From Catajapyx aquilonaris (lineage: Eukaryota), in assembly GCA_000934665.2 (NCBI GenBank), contig KZ538209.1:1-64000 (forward strand): a stretch of 64,000 nt of DNA, read 5' to 3'. The notes under the pieces were generated by a model, which saw only the letters and a program-made list of their open reading frames with translations, did no database searches and was not told where the DNA came from. Shown one piece after another: positions 54,611-64,000 of the stretch (position 1 is its first letter; every line of letters starts with the position of its first letter). A program made the translations under genes and the position numbers.

Positions 54611-57600
54611 ATGTAGAGTATTCTTCCCCATCGAGCTCCTTTGACATTTGACCGCAACTGTATCTATACCCCAGCAGCTAAAATAATACCCCCAAGTAGT
54701 TGCTATAATAATCTGCCTAATAACAGCTTACGGGCCCCTTTGCCTCCCTCTGTATATATTTAGGGAAAAAACTGCTCATAGTCATATTGGACAGTTCTTA
54801 TGAAGTATGGTGTCTCCCTGTCGTCATGGCACCAAAACAAGAAGCATGGCCTGCCTGCAGCAGATAGCAGGAAGAAAAACACATTAAGGGGAAGCGTCAG
54901 CAGCTTTCTAGGGGGGGGGGGGTGGAGGGGAGAGAGGGGGAGGGTCTGGTCCCTATCATTGACAGCGGAGGCTTCTCCTTTTCGCCGCTCCAGATTGGGC
55001 GCCCGGAACGTGACAAGCATAGCCTCCTTCAAAAACTGGCCCATCCATCACTCCCAAGGCATTTTCTTGCTTGCAGTCCACACTGGCTAGATGGCCTCGC
55101 ATCGCTACATTCCTCATTTGAGGCTCTTGGCGTTTGGACTGGCGCCTGCCTGCACCCTGCCCTCTCTAATGTTCATGGGAACTGCCACACTACTCATAAT
55201 ATACGTTTGGAAGAGGTACAGTTGGTTCTAGTTGAACACAAACTGAAGTGTTCAGCTTAATGGAACGTTTGTAGAATATGATGAAAGAGATCGTTTTTGG
55301 GTGGATAGGATAAATGTGGTCCTTTGATCCTGAAGCTGTACAATATGAGTAAGATGGTAATCTGGCATCTAAACTTTCCACTTGCGGAAATAGGCTCCAC
55401 ATTCTAAAACTGGCATTGATGCTAATCCTATCCTACTGAAACCCATGAGCCAGCAATGCTTTTATCTTATTGACAAGGTGGGCAAGTACTCGTGTCCTTT
55501 CATCATGCTAATTAAAACAGTCCCCCCCATCCCTCCATACAGTGCAGAGGCAATGGTGGACGAAGTCAACTGATCTGCATCATGTACAGTATAGCTTTGG
55601 CGGACAACGTGGGCAAAGGAGCTTATGCTCAAATGCATCAATTATATTAATCTGGCAAAAAATATCCCACGGCTCACAGGCACCATGTTCTAGTGATGCG
55701 ATGCTTTCAGCAATACCTTTCGTCGAAATCACTGCTAATTACATTGAATCTCTGCACTGTCAGCATTGAATGGTTTACAGTGCATGCACTGTACGTGCCA
55801 TTTTTTTGTGAGTAGAGACTACCAAATCTGCAATATTGTCAAAACATTGCCATCAAATAAGGAAGCTTTAGAACTGGTTTGTTTACCTATTTTGCTTTCT
55901 TTGTGAGCGTTCAGGACTAACATGATCAGCAACATCCGGGCGACTGATTTGGTTCTACCTCAAACTCTTTAAAGAAACAGATTTTTCTGCTGTGGAGATG
56001 GATCATAACTTTAATGTATGAGGACGACAATGAAATTAAGTACGGACAATTCCTCATGTGCTATTGCTTTTGTAGTTGTTGAAGTTTAAGTATAGATCTA
56101 TCACACTATTGTTGATTTTTTGTTGGTTTTAATTATTGCCATTGCAATTGATATACCGTATGCATCATATCAGGCGATTTAAAAACCAATAACGACAACA
56201 AAAACATGCGTCATTTATTATCCTTCTTACACAACGAGCATCGAGGCACGATTCTATGACATTCAGTGTGACATGCAGACAATCCCGTCATGCAATCATG
56301 GTGTCATTCCTTCCCAAGCCAATTACCATTTCAAGGCCATCACGCGGCCGCGACATCACTGAGATTAAACGCCAATTGTCCCCTTAGGCAAAATATACAG
56401 GGTGGTCCAAACTAATATGTCCGTTGGCACTATTCTGCTTAGCAGGTACTTTTGAATAGTTACTTTTCATGGTGATTTAAAGTATTAGCTACTACGTACA
56501 TTCAAGCTCTAAATTGCAATGTATTTCCGATTAGGAATTGTCCATTGCAACAATATTGCCATCTCCCGTCGATGGCATGTGCCCATATAGTAGAAGAAAT
56601 GCAGCAGCCATCTGAGCCCATTGTTGGCAGCAGTGATGGTGTGCCTTTATAATGTCTCCCCTCGTTACCCACCTCTCCTGGCGCAGAACGGAACTCCCAA
56701 CTGGAAATTGGCGTAGTTTAGCGCATAAGAAAGAGGCAGGACTGCGGCAAGGCAAATAGAGTCTGGCCTAATGAGGACCCAAGTCTGGAACAGTGCTGCT
56801 CTTAATGGAGATTGCAGTTCTGAACAGCCTTTACACTACCTCCCTTCGTCCTACAAGGAGTGGTCTTTGTCCCTCCTGAAACTTCTTTGGAGAATCCAAT
56901 CCTCTTTTTCCTCTCTTTCCTTCACCTCTTATCCAACACAAACACTAGTCCAGCAGCCCGTCTCTCGCACACTTCTCTTGCGGCTCTAATACCATTCCAG
57001 ATTGCATTGTTGCCACTCTTGACTCGGCACAAGATTCTCACTGTGTTGCTATAGCTCCTCTTTTATACTCTTTGACGTTTGTACTGCACTTACATCTCAA
57101 TTGGTATACGCTTAACTGCGACTTATGCTATTTTTTAAAATGAATAATTAAATCTACCTGATTACCTGTCCAAAATGGCATTCGGGTATTCGTGACTTAG
57201 ATTACATGTGCCGGCCGAGATTTCTTTTGTCGCTTGGTCATCACCAGGCCATTGTCGAACTACTGTATCTGCCAAAAAAAGGCACAAAGCAGCACTTAAT
57301 GACCAGTAGCTGCGCAAATGTTCATGATTATAAAGTCAATATGGAAAAGAAATTTTCCTACTACAAAAAGCAGTCGCATTAAGGGGCAAAATATTTAAGA
57401 AATTACCATCTGTTTACAAAAAAAAGTTTAAAATGCCTCTGTCTGTTAAATACCGCTATTAAGACTATCATTAGAACTGTCTTCAACGCTAATGTTGTCA
57501 TCAATCGATACAGCACATATTGCACGGCCACAAGATTGGTAGAAAATAGGTTAACGACCTTCATATTTTTCTAGCACTAGCCTCACCAGCATAACGACAC

Positions 57601-58293
57601 AAAAATGGTCTCTCCTATGGACTAATTCGATGTTAATTTTTAAATGCTAATTTTAAAAAAACACCTGGGCAGGGAAACACTCCTAACCACAATTTGAACC
57701 ACAAAAAACTGCTTAAAATGTATTAGGCTTGATCCTACAATTTGGCAAATGGTAAATAGATTAATTAATTAGCTTCTGGCGATGTGTTTCCCTCCCCCTC
57801 AAAAAAACTATCCCCTCTCCCCCCCCTCCATATTTTGTGAAATGACAGCCATGTCCTGTCTGCTACTGATTGCCTGCTATTGTCATACGGTTCCAAAATT
57901 TGCAGGCATACACTGCGAATAAAACGTCGACAGCTTGGTTCCGATGAATTCATGACTAAATCACCACCGCAGTTGTGGACCATAGTCATGTGGTTCACCT
58001 GTTGTGGACTGATACGTGTCTAAACTTTCAGCATGTGCTGCAAGGAATTAATTTGGCGTATTAACAAATCCTGTGGAAGGCCTTTTTTAAAATTAATTAG
58101 CAGACCAGCATTTTTTTTGTGTTCGCATGAATAAATGAGACTTGCATGTATGACAATGCGGTGTTAGTAGTCGGTTTATGCTGTGCTTAACTTTTGTTTT
58201 TGATGATTACATTGAAACAGAGTTTGTCAGTGCTGAACAATGTGAATGATTAACATTAATGGCATTGAAAACAATAAGCGGCCTTTGAATATA

Positions 58294-58520
58294 CAGGGTG
58301 TTCCAGATTCGTGGGTCACTTTTTGATAACTGATATCGCCCGATAGCAGTTATTTTTGTAGCTTGTTGTGCCCCTAACCATGTGCCCCATTTTATAACTA
58401 CTGCTATAGCTATAGAGGCTATAGAAAGGAGCACATGGTTAGGGGCACAAGCTACAAAAAATTACTGCTATCGGGCGAAATCAGTTATCAAAAAGTGACC
58501 CGAGAATCTGGAACACCCTG
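58294..58520. mobile_element. MITE family B copy
   Basis: TA|cagggtgttccagattc...gaatctggaacaccctg|TA; inverted arms of ~90 bp. Confidence 0.95.
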
Positions 58521-58700
58521 TATATGACAGTGCCACTCGACATAGAGGGTAAATTGGGGACCACATGGTATATTATGTAAGCAGGTGGACGACACGCGGT
58601 CTTGTTGTTGGCCAACCGAAAGTGGGTTCACTGCTTGGGGTTTCGCTACCTGCACTTAGGTTAGGTAGACCTCGTTTTACCCAAGTTGCATGTATTTATC

Positions 58701-59168
58701 AAACAAGATTATCAAATCACGTGAGCGTGATTAGAGTAGACTTTTTCATACCACCCATAACTCATTTTCGGCCAAAAGTACCCTTTTTCCTCCTCCCTCC
58801 CATACCCCCAGACTGCCCCTTTCCCCTTTAAAAATATATCCCATAGCAAACCCGTCTTTTAGACCTTTTCTCATCCACTGATAAAAGTCTTATAGCACGG
58901 CTCTGTCTGTCCGTCCGTCTGTGGACAAGTATCAGGTATCAGGGGGTAGGAGGAGGGACGGGAAAGGGTGATCTGGGGGAGGGGGCGGTGGGGGGACCGG
59001 GAGGTCCGGGGTAGGGGGGAAAGGGGCGGTGGGAGGAGGGGGCACCCAGGGGGAGGGGACGGATCGAGTGAACCCGGAACCCAAAAATCGGAAAAAAGTT
59101 TTATAGCACGGCTCTGTCTGATACCTGTCTACAGACAGACAGAGCTTCTATTCTCGAAAAAGTCTGAC
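58701..59168 (-). mobile_element. Helentron/DINE-1-like non-autonomous element, internally rearranged
   Basis: Subterminal IR agactttttc (58738) / gaaaaagtct (59156); hairpin aatcacg-tgag-cgtgatt near the aaacaag end; GTCY tetranucleotide tracts. Confidence 0.7.
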
Positions 59169-60209
59169 AAGACTAGCCTATGTCACAAACGGTGATCCGA
59201 ATTAGGACACCGATAATATCAGTTGCTGTAATTCCATCAAATCTCCCAAAAGGCACATGCCTTATCACTCCCCTTTTCAAGAAGAAGAAAAAAAAACAGT
59301 TTCCATGTACCTGGAGTACCCTACATTTCCACATCACCCCATTCCCAGAGATACGCACCCTTAAAAATATATATATGAGCAGGTCATCTGCGGTGAGATT
59401 TCCGCAACGGACATTAGGCTTGCACGAGGCCTCTGAGAGCCTGAAGCGCATTGTTGTAAGCAAATTTTGAGCTAGCTGTTCCAGCAGAGAGGTGGAAAGC
59501 TGGTGAGGGAAGCTAGTACTCCCCCTCCCCCCCTCCATTCCCTCTGTGGGCGGCGTCATTTGAATCCCGAATGGGAAGGGAAGGCTTGGCGACGAGTCCC
59601 AATTGCCATTTCCTCTGAAATGAAAACACTAGTGGGAGCTCTTGAGCAAATTGCACCGGGAGCGGCAAGGGTGTCATGTAGCTAGCGAGCGAGCGAGCAC
59701 TGCAGCAAAGGCACCCCCTCCTCCTCCTCCTCCCCCTCCATTTTCCCCTACCTTCTCTCCCCCCTAGTTTTCCCCTATACCAACTGCTGAGGACATGATT
59801 CTGCAGGAGACCACCAGTGCCGACCACTTATGCCGGAAATAACTGCCTCTATACATCAGTAGCCTACTGTTCGAGATTAGGTTCCAAAGTGGTGGATGCC
59901 CCTAGGGAGAGGTGAGATTTCGATGCTGGTATTTCGATACGGTGATGGGTTAGGGATGACACTTGTGACACTAGTCGATTTCTAGGGGATGATGTCTGAC
60001 AAATGTCAACACCTGCAACGTGAAGACCTGTTGCAGACATGTTTTATGATGTGAGTTTGGTGGATAGAATCGGATCAATTGGAATATTGTTATGTGGTTT
60101 TTTGGGGGGCAATGTGTAACAACGTGTACTACCTACTGAAGCATAACTTAAATCCGAATTCACACTAAAATACGGTAGTATAAATCATATTTTAATGGCG
60201 GAAGAAATA

Positions 60210-60721
60210 CAGGGTGTTCCAAGTTCGTGGGTCGTTTTTTGTTATCACTGATTTCGACCGAAGTAGTTAGTTTTGTGCAACTTGTTGTCCTCCGGTCCAG
60301 GTGCCTCAGTATTATCAGGTGGTCGAATGTAGAAATGGCTAGGCCTATATTATCGAGTAGGGCGCACAACATGCTACAAAAATAACATCTTGGAGCGAAA
60401 TTTCCTATAACTATTACTATTATACCGAAGCAGGCAGGTGTGGTGGTTAAGGAGTCCGACTGCTAATCGGGAGGTCCTGGGTTCTATTCCCGGGGCCGGC
60501 GATCCTGACCGTGGTTTTCTGTGGTTTTCCATGGTCCCCCCAGGATAATTCCGGGGTCGCTTCAGTATAATAGGCCACAGCCGCTTCCTTCCCTATCCTT
60601 GACCCCATCCAATGGTGGTATTCCACCCCCCTAATGGAGCGCCGATTCTCCCAATGAAGTAAAATAAATAAATAAATAAAAATTTCTATTATAAACGGCC
60701 CCACGAACTTTGAACACCCTG
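60210..60721 (+). mobile_element. MITE family B-related copy carrying a SINE
   Basis: TA|cagggtgttccaagttcgtggg...cccacgaactttgaacaccctg|TA. Confidence 0.9.
60425..60685 (+). mobile_element. tRNA-derived SINE nested in the MITE
   Basis: Anticodon-like arm tccga-ctgctaa-tcggg, B box ggttctattcc, (TAAA)n tail, 8-bp flanking repeat ctattata. Confidence 0.88.
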
Positions 60722-62299
60722 TATATTGGCGTAAATGGCAAAATCATTCGGTTGCAATTAGAAATTAATTATTTTTGCTACAGATCAAATCTTTATAAAT
60801 GACAGTTACGCAATGATACTGAGTGTATAAAGTATGTACGGTAGCATCCACGCAATATTATTCAAGCTTCTTACCGGTGAAACCCTATTTACTTTACTTA
60901 CAAGTAGGCTTAGTCTTGCTTTTATCTTTACATGATGTAGCCTTGTTGTTTTGAAAGGAGCATATTCAATTTTGACAAATAATATTACAGCTGTCACAAG
61001 TTATAGCCAGTTCCAGCATAAATTTTTCTAAACTACAAAATTCTGTTTCTTCCACCTCAAAAAATAACGCACGAATAGCCTACTTCACAGTGTGTGACGT
61101 AACTTTAATCAATATCCTTCCAATTAGGTTCACCCCAACCTAACCCTAATCATAGAAAACAATTGACCAAAAAAAAAAAAATCAAACTAGAGTACTTATC
61201 CATCCAAAGAAGTTGAAGTCTCGTTTCTGATTTTCCCGCTCTATTACAGTGAGATTTGAAGCTCTCATATTCTTCTAGCGTAATGAGTTCGCCTTCTGCT
61301 TGCGACGTGAAAGGATGGAACGCTTCACTGGCTCATTAGGAACGTTCAGCATGACCATCGTGCACCACCCTTTTACTTCTCAAATATTGCTAACAGCTTG
61401 CCTGATGGTCCGGAATCAAGTCCACTTGTGTTACGTCAGAGTTGGCGCACGTGGAATCATTCAGATATGTCCATACTGACTGCTGGATGTTATTAAGCGC
61501 TGTAATTCAAAAGCCAGCACATTCATTATTTGAACTGGAGGAGGGAGGAAAAGGGACAAAAAATGATTGGAGGTGTGGAATGACGTACGCATAGCAAGGT
61601 CACCTTTACTAAATCCACATATGCGCCGAACACCGATGAAATGGCATAAAACTTTAGTGCTTGGCTCTCTCGAATGTGATTCAGGCTTGTTCAAGCTCAT
61701 TATGGCCATGTTTGCAAAATTTATCGTAATTTATGGCAAAACTTTCTGCATCTACAATTTTTTAAAATTGCATTCAGTGCTGACTTGACGAACTGAGGAA
61801 CGTTCTTGTACAAAGGTCAAAGATGCAATTGTGTAAAAAAAATCTGTTAATTCTTTCTCGTAGGTAAATCAATCATAGTAGATTTTCTTCATGGGAATCA
61901 TCACATGGCAGCTACGATCTGCCCTCCAGATCAGGGCAGAAAATTATTATATATTTTTTGCTGATACGAATTTATCTGGTTGAAATAGACTTATAAATTG
62001 CTAAATTCTACAATCATTATGTAATAAATATTCGGCATTCTCACGTTCTGACTTTCAGTAAATCTGCTACTCTTTTTTAAACTAATGCTTAGGTAATAAT
62101 GTTGGAAATAATAATAACGTGCAGTATATTGTGAATATAATATACCAGACAATCAGAATGATATTCGTTCCTGTTCACATGCAACTTTCTTACCCGAGTC
62201 TTACATGACAATAACTTGAATGAAGATCCAGCACTGATGTCTTATTTTGTTCTACATTGCTATCTCATGAGTACTAAATTATCCGCACCAAATGTCAAG

Positions 62300-63300
62300 A
62301 CCCTTCCCAGGCCTATATTTTGAACTTCTAGGAAGCGCATTTTCTATAGTGTACAGCACCAACTATGTGCAAGTTGCACGAAGTAGTTTCAGAATAATTG
62401 ATCCAGACACAAGTCATGCCATGGTGGAACGGATATGCCATGATTTATTATTGTAGCGATAAATTCCACTTCTATATCAGTCGCATGCTGTCGTATGGTT
62501 TTCGATAGAAAAATATGTACGGTTTCCCCGGCTATGTTTAGTCAAATGGAGCAATGTGCGACATGTGAAACATAGGTAATTGTCCTACCAACTGATAAGT
62601 GACATGCAACAGTCTAGTGTACCATGAATGTCCTACTTTGACAAGTATCAAAACCTGCATATAAAAAAACGTCTGCGCAGTATTTCAGTATTATTGTCTA
62701 GACCTAGTGTGTGAGAGCTATGGGCTATACTTTCAATATAACAGTAATGGCCCATATCCTTTATTGACACTGATCAAATGGCCACCAATATTATCAGTCA
62801 GAATTATTACTTTGTAATACTTGCAACTTTATACTTGTACTGGTAACGGCATGTTTCTTTACATCATTCTGAAGTATTTATTGGAAGTTGGCTATTTTTT
62901 TCATTTTTTTTTTCTTCAATCATATTTTTGCTGAGTTACTCATCTGGAAGAAAGGGGAGACTTACCTATTTTCCAGATATCAGCGCCGGCTAACAATCCT
63001 GTAGAACGATTGATAGAAAGAAAAAAACCAACCCAATCAACGCCCAACCTAACGCAAGGAAAATCCAGATGAAGTTGAATAATTTGTTAAAAGCTGAGTT
63101 TAAAATAATGTATTAAGGGCTGTACAGTGTAAAAAATAAGGGCTATCCAAATGTGGTAAAAGAATATAAGATAAGGTGTAATACCCATGGTGAAGTATAG
63201 AAGGGGTTTTTAGTGTAGAAAGACAGTAGTCCCAATCAATATAATTTTATTTTCGTATTTATGACCACAAACATGTTATTATTTGCTCCCAAAATCTTCA
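62300..63300 (+). pseudogene. Decayed DDD transposase fossil (Sola1/DUF7869-like)
   Basis: Ordered peptide fragments across frames: FSQMEQCATC (CATC at 62555), QYFSIIV* (62678), YLQLYTCTG...LKYLLEVGYF (62818-62898), TH...LFSRYQRRL (62938-62992), NPDEVE*FVKS (~63062). Boundaries approximate. Confidence 0.5.
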
Positions 63301-64000
63301 GAGAAGTAAAAAAAAAGTGATTCTGAAAAAGAAGAATGCAATGTCATATTTTCAGGAATAGGCTGGGTTGAATTTTTTCTGAAATTTTTGTGAGGGTTGA
63401 ACGGGGTCAAATTGTTGTTACATGACGTATATTTTTATTACTGGATCTGAAGTCCTTGTTAGGGAAGCTGCAGCCTTGTTTCAAAGAGGGATTTGGGGGG
63501 AAGAAAGTTGCAGTTCTTCTGAAAAGAGTCGCATCATTCAGTATTAATGACCATGTAATATTGCGATGTTGCCTCAACAATAACAATTTTTACTATATTT
63601 TGCACATGAATGCCCTACATTCTAATAGACACCTTCCAACAGTCTATTACATAACATAAATCACAAATACTGGCTAGAATCATCTACAAGCAGAGGACCA
63701 TCTGCAGTTTTGCAGGTTATATGGCAGTAAATGTAACAGGCATTTACACCAATTTCCAGTCAAGCCATTACTTGCAAAAAAAAATAATGATACTGAAGAA
63801 GTGAAGGACCTCATTTATGTCACAATTCCCTATAGCAACATACTAACTAATGCGTCAAATTGACCTTACTCCATGTAGAATAGGCTATTGGAAGGTTTGC
63901 TTTTGATAGCAAAACTGTCCTAATGTGCAGCTGTTTTTAGTTTGTGAATGCAGCACAATAACATCATCTGGGGTTCCGAATTAGCCTGTGGACTACCCAA

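Overview
Non-coding eukaryotic DNA, most likely an invertebrate and possibly an arthropod. It is AT-rich, with (TAA)n microsatellites, poly-G/C runs and a few N gaps. I find no convincing intact protein-coding gene, rRNA, true tRNA or CRISPR array; the ORF track is essentially noise. The window is dense in small transposable elements: two multi-copy palindromic TA-flanked MITE families, longer Tc1/mariner- and pogo-like elements, two Sola2-like elements with 4-bp TSDs, hAT MITEs, a Kolobok-like MITE, a Helentron/DINE-1-like element, tRNA-headed SINEs with different bodies but a shared 3' motif, and a poly(A) retroposon present twice. Five insertions sit inside other elements. A decayed DDD-transposase-like fossil lies near 62.3-63.3 kb. 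All calls were made by eye, so superfamily names are inferred from termini and TSDs, not from database hits. I cannot support a novel biological system. The best leads are the modular SINEs, the hairpin-bearing retroposon, the transposase fossil and the CRE-carrying MITEs.
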